Of a DNA stretch of 64,000 nucleotides, positions 18,055 through 26,270 are shown piece after piece (within the stretch, counting starts at the first letter, position 1; each line of letters starts with the position of its first letter). The position numbers and the translations under genes are program-made. The notes under the pieces were generated by a model that made no database searches, was not told where the DNA came from, and worked only from the letters and a program-made list of their open reading frames with translations. The DNA comes from Acidimicrobiales bacterium. GTDB lineage: Bacteria > Actinomycetota > Acidimicrobiia > Acidimicrobiales > SZUA-35. The DNA lies in the NCBI GenBank assembly GCA_965216685.1, contig OZ244195.1, positions 209,610-273,609 on the forward strand. Reading direction: 5' to 3'.

Positions 18055-19566
18055 TCAGCCGTCGCGGGGCGGACCGTCGGGGTCGAAGGGGGCCGGGAAG
18101 CACTCTTCGGGTATGGCCAGCTCGAACTGCTCACAGTAGGCGGTGGCCTCGGCGGCGTCGGCAAACCCGGCAACGTAGAGATTCCAGAATCCGGGCAGCA
18201 GGCTGGGGTACGGATCCGACGGCGACAGCAGCAGATTTTCGTGACCGGCCGCCCGGAATTCGTCGAACTGCTTCATGGCCTCAGCCCAACCTTGTTCGGC
18301 GATGTTCACCGATGAGAGGTTGGCCCGATAGGTGGCCGTCAGCTCCGGAGCCAACACATAGACATCGACGGCATTGGTGTCGGCCGTCTGAGCCCCCGAG
18401 GTGACGGTCACCGAGATCGTATGCCTACCCTCGGGCAGGATCAGTACCGGCAGATAATCAAGGGCCGGCTCTTGGGGAATGTCATCGACCACGACCAGAT
18501 ACTGCGATCCGGCCGGCACACCGTCGATTGTCATCTCATACTTCGTCTCAACCTCCAGCGGTCCGTCGGCTGCGCCCTGCAGAGTAAGAACCGGGGAGTC
18601 GGACAGTGCCGCCGGCGCAGCCGGATCGGCCGTGCTGGAATCGGTCGTATCGTCGGCCGGGTCGGCCGGGTCGGCCTCGAGGTCGTCTTCGACCAGATCG
18701 GCGGCCAGGTCGTCGGATTCGGCGGCAAAGGTGGCGGAGTCGTCATCACCCTGAACGAAGAGGAAGTAGCCGGCGGCCAGGGCCAAGATGCCGAGTAGCG
18801 CCGCCACCGGAATCATCCAGCGAGGGCGATCCTGTTGTACCGCCATGGCCGGCGCCAGTTCCAGCGACGGCCGGCCCATCTCCCTGGGATCAGGACCAAC
18901 GGGTCCGCCGGGAGCGGAACCTCCGGGTACTCCCATGGGCGGGGCCTGGCGACGGTCCGGGCCGGGGCCGGGGCCGAAGTTACCGCGGGCGTCGTAGACG
19001 GCGGTGAAGTCGCCCACCTCGGCCGTCGGCGGCGGTCCGGCCAGGCCCGGTGCGGCCAAGCCGGCCGGGGGCCGGGGAGCCGGGCCGTTGCCAACGACGT
19101 CGGTCGCCCTGGTTGCCGTCAGGGGATGGGGCGGCGCGCCCTGTTTGGGAGCGCCGGGCCCGCCCGAGAACTGGGCCGGAGGCGGCTGATCCCCCTGTAC
19201 CGGGTGCAAAGACGGGCGGTCAGCAGCGGCCGAGGAACTGACCGTCAGATTCTCGTCGTCAGGGACCGAGGCGAACACCGACGGCTCGTCGGGTCGACCA
19301 GCCGGGCTTGGCCCATCGGTCTGCATCAACGGTGGCAGGTCGAGGCGGCGCACCGGCCGCGACGACGTGTCGACCGCGTCCTCCCCAAGGTCCAGACTGG
19401 AGAAGTCATCGGTCGCCCACTCAGCGTCGGTTGGAGCAAACGGTGGTGGACCGACATCAGCCCCTCGATTCTGGCCGTGCTTCGGCCCTCCGCGTTCGTT
19501 ACCCGTCTCGGCCACAGCCGAATCTCCTATCTCGCCACTACCGTCGACGCCGCCGGCACCGACCAT
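18055..19566 (-). CDS. proline-rich single-pass membrane protein with a possible SPOR-like C-terminal domain
   Basis: A long Pro/Gly/Ala-rich N-terminus, a TM segment (WMIPVAALLGILALAAGYFLFV), an acidic linker, and a C-terminal NIAEQGW..A......F..AG.....L.......L.PGFWNLYVAGF pattern. Confidence 0.45.
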   Translation of the reverse strand: MVGAGGVDGSGEIGDSAVAETGNERGGPKHGQNRGADVGPPPFAPTDAEWATDDFSSLDLGEDAVDTSSRPVRRLDLPPLMQTDGPSPAGRPDEPSVFASVPDDENLTVSSSAAADRPSLHPVQGDQPPPAQFSGGPGAPKQGAPPHPLTATRATDVVGNGPAPRPPAGLAAPGLAGPPPTAEVGDFTAVYDARGNFGPGPGPDRRQAPPMGVPGGSAPGGPVGPDPREMGRPSLELAPAMAVQQDRPRWMIPVAALLGILALAAGYFLFVQGDDDSATFAAESDDLAADLVEDDLEADPADPADDTTDSSTADPAAPAALSDSPVLTLQGAADGPLEVETKYEMTIDGVPAGSQYLVVVDDIPQEPALDYLPVLILPEGRHTISVTVTSGAQTADTNAVDVYVLAPELTATYRANLSSVNIAEQGWAEAMKQFDEFRAAGHENLLLSPSDPYPSLLPGFWNLYVAGFADAAEATAYCEQFELAIPEECFPAPFDPDGPPRDG

Positions 19567-19875
19567 CCAACATCACGCAACCCCGCCGCCGGCATCGGAA
19601 ACGCCGCCACTCCGGAACACAGTCATGATTGTGGCCCAAGGAGTAGCTGTAGCACCAACTCGCCGGCCGGCACACGGGCCCGCCAGACTAGTTTGTGTGG
19701 GCGATTGTCTCATTGTTGCCGACTTCATACGCAGGCCGCCTTTCACGTCCTTGCAGCCGCAACCACCAATACTACCGACCATGGACCGGTCGCGCCTCCG
19801 CTACCGGCACTCAAACCCATCAGCGTCGACGCGGCGTTTGGGCCGGCCGCCACGGTCTGTTCTACCCTCAACCCC

Positions 19876-20727
19876 ATGACGGCCCGTAATTACCCCACCG
19901 ACGACGGTGTCACCGGGCCCGACGGCACGGTCGACCCGGCCTTTCGGGTGGCAGTGAGCTACATCGACCGATCCCGTCGTTACTACCGGGCCAAGGGCTA
20001 CGAGATTCCCTACCGGTGGGCCAGCCATCACGTGGCGCCGTTCAGGCCGCTGGCCAAGCCACTCCCCCGGTCCCGCCTGGCCGTCGTCACCACGGCCTTT
20101 CCGCTCGGCCATCAAGGCGAACCCAAGGAGGCCAGGTCGGTTCGGGCCGTGCCCGCCGACCCCCCACCGGAATCGATGTTCACCGCTGATCTGTTCTGGC
20201 ACAAGAAGGCCACCAACACCGACGACGTCGAGTCGTTCCTCCCCCTGCGTGCCCTGGCCCGCTTCACGGCCGAAGGTCGGATCGGGTCTCTCAACCACCG
20301 CTTCTTCTCCGTGCCCACCCTGTACAGCCAGCGTCGTACCGTGGCCAACGCCGAGACCGTTTCCCAGTGGTGTAGGGCCGACGAGGTGGATGTCGTGCTG
20401 CTGATCCCGCTGTGACCGGTTTGCCACCAAACCGTGAGTTTGGTCGCCCGCCACCTGGAGGAGACCGGCTTCTCCACCGTCATCATCGGTTCGGCCCGTG
20501 ACATCGTCGAGCAGTGCGCCGTCCCCCGATTCCTGTTCACCGACCTGCCCCTGGGGAATCCGTGCGGTCGACCATTCGACCAGGCGATGCAGGCCACGGT
20601 TGTGGCCGGCGCCCTCGACCTTCTGGAGTCGGCCACGGCCCCTCTGACCACGGTCAAGGCTCCGGTCAGCTGGGGCGAGGAATCGTGGCGGTCCACCTAT
20701 ATGACCATCAATGCCGATTCGAGCTGA
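19876..20727 (+). CDS. GrdB/PrdB-family (reductase selenoprotein B-like) protein with in-frame TGA at 20413-20415, candidate selenocysteine
   Basis: The family-like sequence continues in one frame across the TGA: ...ADEVDVVLLIPL[TGA]PVCHQTVSLVARHLEETGFSTVIIGSARDIVEQCAVPRFLFTDLPLGNPCGRPFD. The ORF track shows the two halves as 18835..20415 and 20434..20727, which are in the same frame. Only the part from ATG 19876 lies outside the antisense overlap with 18055..19566. Confidence 0.6.
20426..20444 (+). promoter_or_regulatory. candidate bacterial SECIS hairpin (ACCAAAC-CGUGA-GUUUGGU)
   Basis: A 7-bp perfect stem starts 11 nt after the TGA. Its 5-nt apical loop contains GU about 19-20 nt after the TGA. 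Competing hairpins exist at 20417-20434 and 20457-20478. Confidence 0.35.
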
Positions 20728-20925
20728 CTACTCGTTGGGGATCAACAACCAGAGACCGATGTAGACGATCTCACCAGCGCCGATCAGCCCGAACAGGACA
20801 AAGCCCAGCCGAACCATATTCACACTCAGGCCAAAACGGTCGGCCAGGGCGGCGCACACCCCACCGATGATCCGCCGTCGTCCCCTCGGTCGTACCAGGA
20901 TCTGATCTGACGTCACGATGATCAA
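20728..20925 (-). CDS. PspC-domain membrane protein
   Basis: RRIIGGVCAALADRFGLSVNMVRLGFVLFGLIGAGEIVYIGLWLLIP is a typical PspC domain. Confidence 0.75.
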   Translation of the reverse strand: MIIVTSDQILVRPRGRRRIIGGVCAALADRFGLSVNMVRLGFVLFGLIGAGEIVYIGLWLLIPNE

Positions 20926-20989
20926 CGCTCCTCTCGAGCCCGCTCTGGAACAGACCCTACCACCGCTACCAATTCACCAACCCTCACGA

Positions 20990-22294
20990 TCAACGCAGAA
21001 ACAGGCTGATGGTCTCAACGTGCGACGTGTGGCCGAACAGGTCGAGCACGACCACCCGATCCAGTGTGTATCCACGCTCGGTCAAGAGCAGGCTGTCGCG
21101 AGCCAGCGAGGCCGGGTCGCAGCTGATCAAAGCCAGTGCGGTGGCACCGGTGGCGGCCAGGACATCGCAGGCCTTGGCTTTGAGACCGACCCGGGCCGGA
21201 TCGGCCACGACGACGCCGACCGGTTCCGGCTTCCAGCGCTCGACGGTCGACTCGACAACCCGGCCGTGAGGCCGCAGGTTCCAGCGGGCATCGGCGGCGG
21301 CCGAAGGATTCGACTCCACCCCGATGACCGGACGACCCACGGCGGCCAGGGCGGCGAAGAGGCCGACACCGCAATAGGCGTCGAGCATCGGTCCGGCGAA
21401 GGGGGCCAGCATGTCGCCCATGATCTGGGTCATGGCCAGCGCCCCGTCGGGTCGGCACTGGAAGAAGGAGTCGGCTGAAATCTGCAGCCGTCGGCCTCCC
21501 ACAACTTCATGAATGTGAGGTCGTGAGCCGGCGGCCAACTCGTCTCGGCCCACCACCACCACGCCCTCGGGCACGGCCACCTGGTCGGCCACCGGGTCCA
21601 CCACCACCATGCGTTCGCCGGTGTTGGCCCCCACCCTGATCATGACCTCGGTGGTCGACGGCCCGAATCGGCCCTCCACCAGCAGCTCCTCGACGAGAGG
21701 ATGGGCGATGATGCACTCATCGACGACAACCGGGTCGTTGGATCGGCGCCGCCGGTAGCCGGCCCGACCACCGGTCACCACCGCTCGCACCGTGGTCCGG
21801 TACCCGTCGGCCGGCAGCGGAGGTCCCGAGATGACCGGGGGGAGCTCCTCCAGCCGGGCCAGCCGGGACAGGCAGTCCTTGACGATTTCCACCCGAAGCG
21901 AGCGCTGACGGTCGGCCCCGATGAATTGCCAGTCGCACCCGCCACAGGCCTGGTGCCAGCTGCTGGCGGCGTGCCGGCAGGGCGGCTCGACCCGATCGGC
22001 CGAGGGATCGACGACGTCGATGCACTGCCCGTCAACCCGGCTGCGATGCACGGCAGTGGCGGTGGCACTGACCTTCTCGCCCGGTATGGCGCCGCTCACG
22101 AAGACGACTCGACCGTCAGGCCCGGGACCGAGGGCGGCTCCTCCGGTCGCCACCCGGTCGACCGAGACCGCGAACGGCCGGTCGTAGGGCGGGGCCAACG
22201 GTTCGGGCTCGCTCCACTCCGAACTTTGTGACTGGGACGACCCTCCAGTGGGTCGTAGCGGTCCCAAGGTTTCAGTCGTTGCCGGCCAGCTCAC
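20990..22294 (-). CDS. class I SAM-dependent RNA (uracil-5) methyltransferase, TrmA/RumA family
   Basis: A Cys cluster (C....C..C..CGGCDWQ), the SAM-binding DAYCGVGLF motif, and a C-terminal SCDPASLARD...VVVLDLFGHTSHVE. The start is uncertain because it overlaps the clpP stop by 23 nt. Confidence 0.75.
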   Translation of the reverse strand: MSWPATTETLGPLRPTGGSSQSQSSEWSEPEPLAPPYDRPFAVSVDRVATGGAALGPGPDGRVVFVSGAIPGEKVSATATAVHRSRVDGQCIDVVDPSADRVEPPCRHAASSWHQACGGCDWQFIGADRQRSLRVEIVKDCLSRLARLEELPPVISGPPLPADGYRTTVRAVVTGGRAGYRRRRSNDPVVVDECIIAHPLVEELLVEGRFGPSTTEVMIRVGANTGERMVVVDPVADQVAVPEGVVVVGRDELAAGSRPHIHEVVGGRRLQISADSFFQCRPDGALAMTQIMGDMLAPFAGPMLDAYCGVGLFAALAAVGRPVIGVESNPSAAADARWNLRPHGRVVESTVERWKPEPVGVVVADPARVGLKAKACDVLAATGATALALISCDPASLARDSLLLTERGYTLDRVVVLDLFGHTSHVETISLFLR

Positions 22295-22877
22295 CCGAGC
22301 GGGTGATCACGTGATCGAGTAGGCCGTAGTCCCTGGCCTCCTCGGCGGTGAACCACTTGTCGCGGTCGGAGTCCTCGATGATTTGATCGACGTCCTGACC
22401 GGAGTGGTCGGCGATCAGCTGGGCCATCTCCCGCTTGATGTTGATCAGGTTCTCGGCCTGAATGGCGATGTCGGCCGCCTGGCCCTGAACCCCGGCACTG
22501 GGCTGGTGCATCAGGATACGGGCATGGGGCAGGGCGTAGCGCTTGCCCGAAGCTCCCGCCGTGAGGAGGAACTGGCCCATCGAGGCTCCGAGGCCGAGAC
22601 AAACCGTGGCCACATCGGGTTTGACGAATTGCATGGTGTCGTAGATGGCCATACCGGCGGTGACCGAACCGCCCGGGGAGTTGATGTAGAGCCAGATGTC
22701 CTTGTCGTCGTCCTGGCCGGCCAGGTAGAGGATCTGGGCGGCCAGGGCGTTGGCGATGTTGTCATCGACCTGCTGGCCAAGGAAGACGATACGTTGCTTG
22801 AGCAGCTGCTGGAAGATGTCAAAACCGAAGTTCGAGTTCGGCGTCTCGGCGGTGGGCAGCACTACAGGACTTGTCAT
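22272..22877 (-). CDS. clpP: ATP-dependent Clp protease proteolytic subunit
   Basis: IVFLGQQVDDNIANALAAQILYLAGQDDDKDIWLYINSPGGSVTAGMAIYDTMQF and ASMGQFLL (active-site Ser context). I chose the ATG at 22877 because the track start at 22931 would abut the tRNA. Confidence 0.9.
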   Translation of the reverse strand: MTSPVVLPTAETPNSNFGFDIFQQLLKQRIVFLGQQVDDNIANALAAQILYLAGQDDDKDIWLYINSPGGSVTAGMAIYDTMQFVKPDVATVCLGLGASMGQFLLTAGASGKRYALPHARILMHQPSAGVQGQAADIAIQAENLINIKREMAQLIADHSGQDVDQIIEDSDRDKWFTAEEARDYGLLDHVITRSGELAGND

Positions 22878-22938
22878 AACGGTCAGGCTACCGCCGATGG
22901 ATCGGCTACCGTGGCACCGACATGCCTTCACACGTTTT

Positions 22939-23022
22939 GCGGACGTGGCGGAACTGGCAGACGCACCAGGTTTAGGTCCTGGCGCCCTAACGGGCTTGGG
23001 GGTTCGACTCCCCCCGTCCGCA
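22939..23022 (+). tRNA. tRNA-Leu (anticodon UAG)
   Basis: Acceptor stem GCGGACG/CGTCCGC, anticodon stem CCAGG/CCTGG with loop TTTAGGT, long variable arm, and T-arm GGGGG-TTCGACT-CCCCC. Confidence 0.85.
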
Positions 23023-23040
23023 CGCCCACAATCATCCTTG

Positions 23041-23080
23041 TGTGCGCTCAGCGCCCCGTATTCGGGGTGTGGAGCGCACA
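23041..23080. terminator. GC-rich palindromic hairpin of the TGTGCGC...GCGCACA family, probable bidirectional terminator
   Basis: TGTGCGCTCAGCGCCCCG-TATT-CGGGGTGTGGAGCGCACA sits between the convergent tRNA-Leu and the 23091..24509 gene. Confidence 0.55.
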
Positions 23081-23090
23081 GTAGCAGGGG

Positions 23091-24509
23091 TTACCAGCTG
23101 AAGGGACGATCGATGCCGGCCAGCTTGACCCCGGTGAAAGCCGAGGCCTCCAACGACAGCGCCCGCAGATCCTCCATCTCCAGATTGTGGACCGACGACT
23201 TGCCGCAGGCCTTGGCCAGCAGGGTGATCTCCATGGTCATGGCCGTCAGATAGCGGGCCACCCGCTCGGCCCCGGCGGCCACGTCCATCCGCTTCTCCAG
23301 CTCCGGATCCTGCGTGGTGATTCCCACCGGGCAGAGTCCGGTGTGGCAGTGGTGGCACTGCCCGGGGCTGGTTCCGAGAGCGGCGTAGTCGTCGAGATAG
23401 CGGGGACTGTTGCAGCCCAGCGACACCAGACCGGCGGTGCCGATCATCACACAGTCGGCCCCCAGAGCCAGGGCCTTGGCCGCATCGACCCCACTGCGGA
23501 TACCACCGGCGGCCACCAGCTTGACCTCATCGGCCATACCGGCGTCCTCCAGCGCTTCCCGGGCGGCCCGGATGGCCGACAGCGTTGGTATGCCGGTGTG
23601 ATCGAGGAGCAGTTCGGGCGATGCCCCCGTACCACCCTCGGCTCCGTCGACCACGATCACGTCAGCCCCGGCCTTGGCGGCGATGGCAACGTCGAATCGG
23701 GGCCGGGTGGCTCCCATCTTCACGAAGATCGGAACCTGGTAGCCGGTGGCTTCCCGCAGCTCCTCGATCTTGACCTGCATGTCGTCGGCCCCCAGGAAGT
23801 CGGGGTGGCGAACGGTGCTGCGCTGATCGACCCCCAGCGGCAGCGAACGCATCCCGGCCACCCGCTCCGAAACCTTCATGCCCAGCAACAGGCCGCCGGT
23901 GCCGGGCTTGGCTCCCTGGCCCACAACCAGCTCGATGGCGTCGACCTGACGGAGGTGGCTGAGGTCGAGCATGTAGCGGGACGGCGTCATCTGGTAGACC
24001 AGCAGGTCGGAGGCCTCCCGCTCGTCTTCCAGCATGCCGCCCTCGCCGGTGCAGGTCATCGAGCCCACCTTGGACGCCCCGTAGCCCAGGGCGGCCTTGG
24101 CCGAGGCCGAAAGCGCACCGAACGACATCGAGGCGATGTAGATCGGGATCTTCAGCTCCAGTGGCCGTTCCACCAGCCCGGGACGATCGCCCAGCACGGT
24201 GGTTGTGTCGCAGCTCTCCCGGTAGCCCTCCAAAGGCAGGCGGGTCATCGACGCCGGCACGAACGTCAGGTCGTCGAAGGTGGGGAAGCGGGAGTTGAAG
24301 GTGGTGAATCCCCGGATCTGGTAGCGACCCAGCCGGGACAGGGCGTGGACCTCGGAAATGGACTCCGGTGTCCAACGGATCGATTTGCCCCGGTCATAGG
24401 ACGACGGGACACCAGCCGGTCGGCCGTCCACCGCCCCGTCGCTGTAGGCCACCTCCTCCTCGGAGGGCATTGTGAACGGATACTCGTAACGCCCTAGATC
24501 ATCAGCCAT
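23091..24509 (-). CDS. FMN-binding glutamate-synthase-domain protein (GltB domain 2 / MgsC-like)
   Basis: MSFGALSASAKAALGYGA, GEGG, QGAKPGTGGLL, VVDGAEGGTGASP and a CHHCHTGLCPVGITTQ Cys cluster. The ATG at 24509 overlaps the upstream stop by 16 nt. Confidence 0.8.
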   Translation of the reverse strand: MADDLGRYEYPFTMPSEEEVAYSDGAVDGRPAGVPSSYDRGKSIRWTPESISEVHALSRLGRYQIRGFTTFNSRFPTFDDLTFVPASMTRLPLEGYRESCDTTTVLGDRPGLVERPLELKIPIYIASMSFGALSASAKAALGYGASKVGSMTCTGEGGMLEDEREASDLLVYQMTPSRYMLDLSHLRQVDAIELVVGQGAKPGTGGLLLGMKVSERVAGMRSLPLGVDQRSTVRHPDFLGADDMQVKIEELREATGYQVPIFVKMGATRPRFDVAIAAKAGADVIVVDGAEGGTGASPELLLDHTGIPTLSAIRAAREALEDAGMADEVKLVAAGGIRSGVDAAKALALGADCVMIGTAGLVSLGCNSPRYLDDYAALGTSPGQCHHCHTGLCPVGITTQDPELEKRMDVAAGAERVARYLTAMTMEITLLAKACGKSSVHNLEMEDLRALSLEASAFTGVKLAGIDRPFSW

Positions 24510-25192
24510 GCGCTTGCGTCCCTGCTCTCGAAGTGCCACAGCTTCTGGCCGGACACGATCTTCTTCCAGTCGCGGTCGCCAGGCCCGACCTCCAGCCCGG
24601 CCAGCAACTCATCGACCGAGGCCACTTCGGCCGCCTCCGGCTCGACCACCTTGGTGTCGACCCCCAGGCTCTTGATCGAGCCGGCCACCCAGACCTCCCC
24701 GCCCCACAGCGAGTCGCCGGTGGCCTCGCCGGCGTCGCCCAGGGCGATGATCCGCCCGTCGTGGGCCATGAATCCGGAGAGAAAACCGAGGTCGCCCTCG
24801 ATGACGATGTCGCCCCCTTTCATGGCCACACCGCAGCGGGGCCCGGCGTCGCCCTTGACGTGGACCAGGCCGCCCCGCATGGAGGCCCCAACGCTCATCC
24901 CGGAATAGCCGGCCACCGTGACCCGACCGGAGGCCATGGCTTCACCGGTCCCCCAGCCTGCGTTGCGGGTGACGGCGATCTCGGCCCCGTCGTTCAAGCC
25001 ACCGCAGTAGTAGCCGACCGAACCCTCGAATCGGACGTTGGCCCCCTCGGGCAGTGCCACCCCCAGGTTGTGACGGGATCGGGTGTCGGTGACCACGATG
25101 GTCCGCCCGGCGGCGGCCAAGGCCCGGATCTCGGCGTTGATCTCCCGGATCGGACGCTCGCCGACCTCCACAGTGGTCTCGGTCACGGTCAT
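24494..25192 (-). CDS. GXGXG-motif protein (glutamate synthase alpha-subunit C-terminal domain / MgsB-like)
   Basis: This is the last 232 codons of the 566-aa track ORF. It carries repeated G-x-G-x-G beta-helix motifs (GSVGYYCGGLNDGAEI, GWGTGEAMASGRVTV, GMSVGASMRGGLVHVKGDAG). ATG 25192 overlaps the upstream TGA (ATGA). Confidence 0.75.
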   Translation of the reverse strand: MTVTETTVEVGERPIREINAEIRALAAAGRTIVVTDTRSRHNLGVALPEGANVRFEGSVGYYCGGLNDGAEIAVTRNAGWGTGEAMASGRVTVAGYSGMSVGASMRGGLVHVKGDAGPRCGVAMKGGDIVIEGDLGFLSGFMAHDGRIIALGDAGEATGDSLWGGEVWVAGSIKSLGVDTKVVEPEAAEVASVDELLAGLEVGPGDRDWKKIVSGQKLWHFESRDASAWLMI

Positions 25193-26157
25193 CGGGCCGA
25201 CCCCGCCCCGGCCGATCCGGCGCCGGCCATCGAGCGAACCGACCAGACCTTGGTCAGGCTGGGCCCGTCGTAGTTGGCCATCTCGACGTCGTCGAGGTAG
25301 ATCTTGCGGACCGCCTGCTCCTCGGTGGCCACCGCCAGGGTGCCGCTCTCCTCCTCCACCGCCACCAGGGGTTTGATGGCGAAGGGATCCTTGGCGAAGG
25401 CCATCGAGTCGATGGTGGCCAGGATGTAGGTGAAGCAGCCGTCGAGTTTGATCACCGAGTCCTCCAGCGATTCCTCGATCTTGTGGCCCTTGGCCATCTG
25501 GTCCGACAGCCAGATGGCGATCAGCTCGGAATCGTTGTCGGTCTTGAAGTCGTAGCCGGCCCTGATCAGCCGGCCTTTGAGCAGCTGATAGTTGGTGAGC
25601 TGTCCGTTGTGGACGATGGCGATGTCGGGATACGGCCGGGCCCAGAACGGATGGGAGGCGGTGGGCGAGACGAACGACTCGGTGGCCATACGGGCATTGG
25701 TCAGACCGTGGGACCCCACGAAGTCCCTGACCCCGTGTTTGTCGGCCACCGTGTACCCGTCTCCCAGGTCCTTGATGATCTCCAACGATCGACCGACCGA
25801 TTGGATCTCGAAGCCATCGATGTGATCGGCATCGGCCAGCCACTGTTCGAAGGTGGAGGTGGGGTCGGTTATCTCCAGGCGGACTGAAACATGGTCGGTG
25901 GTGTCGTCGTCCCAGGTCGGCTGGCCGATGAAGTCGGAGCCGTGGCTCCGTGCTATGGCCAGGAAGGTTTCGAGGTGGTCGGACAACGACGCTCTGTCGG
26001 CCACCACCCGCACGACGTAGGAGTCGGTGCGGGGTTCGCCGTACATGCCGAAGCCGGTGGAGTCGGCCCCCCGGTGCCGTTGGGCCTGAATCAACTCGAC
26101 CAGGTCGGCCCCGATAGACCCGTGGGGGCAGAGTATCCGGCCTGCTATGCCGCACAT
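25189..26157 (-). CDS. class II (Ntn) glutamine amidotransferase-domain protein (GltB domain 1 / MgsA-like)
   Basis: ATG 26157 gives the MCGIAG N-terminus (nucleophile Cys2) and lies 6 nt after an AAGGAG site. The track start at 26163 is a TTG two codons upstream. Confidence 0.75.
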   Translation of the reverse strand: MCGIAGRILCPHGSIGADLVELIQAQRHRGADSTGFGMYGEPRTDSYVVRVVADRASLSDHLETFLAIARSHGSDFIGQPTWDDDTTDHVSVRLEITDPTSTFEQWLADADHIDGFEIQSVGRSLEIIKDLGDGYTVADKHGVRDFVGSHGLTNARMATESFVSPTASHPFWARPYPDIAIVHNGQLTNYQLLKGRLIRAGYDFKTDNDSELIAIWLSDQMAKGHKIEESLEDSVIKLDGCFTYILATIDSMAFAKDPFAIKPLVAVEEESGTLAVATEEQAVRKIYLDDVEMANYDGPSLTKVWSVRSMAGAGSAGAGSAR

Positions 26158-26213
26158 CGGCAACTCCTTCCGCTCGGCGGATCCTCGGGATCATCGAGGA
26201 TCCAGACGAGTAC

Positions 26214-26228
26214 TGAATACAGTATACG
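26214..26228. promoter_or_regulatory. operator-like palindrome, copy a (TGAATACAGTATACG)
   Basis: It lies 57 nt upstream of the MgsA-like start. It is one of four related 15-mers in this window. Confidence 0.55.
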
Positions 26229-26270
26229 ATCAGCTCTCAGCCTAGTGCCCGGGCCGACACGGAGGCAAAC

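Noticed and set aside
18835-19875. The first 347 codons of the track ORF 18835..20415.
   Set aside because: It is antisense to the proline-rich membrane protein gene and crosses the intergenic region. No family-like sequence appears before ATG 19876.
20417-20478. Two other hairpins after the TGA, considered as SECIS candidates: CGGUUUG-CCAC-CAAACCG (20417-20434) and GGAGGAGA-CCGGCU-UCUCCACC (20457-20478).
   Set aside because: The first starts only 1 nt after the TGA and has no GU in its loop. The second is about 42 nt away and contains a mismatch. The 20426-20444 hairpin fits the expected spacing better. All three are mutually exclusive or unverified.
25193-26194. The N-terminal two-thirds of the 566-aa track ORF 24494..26194.
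   Set aside because: It lies in an alternative frame over the well-supported amidotransferase gene (25189..26157). It has the Arg/Gly/Pro-rich composition typical of off-frame ORFs in high-GC DNA. Only the last 232 codons (the GXGXG protein) look real.
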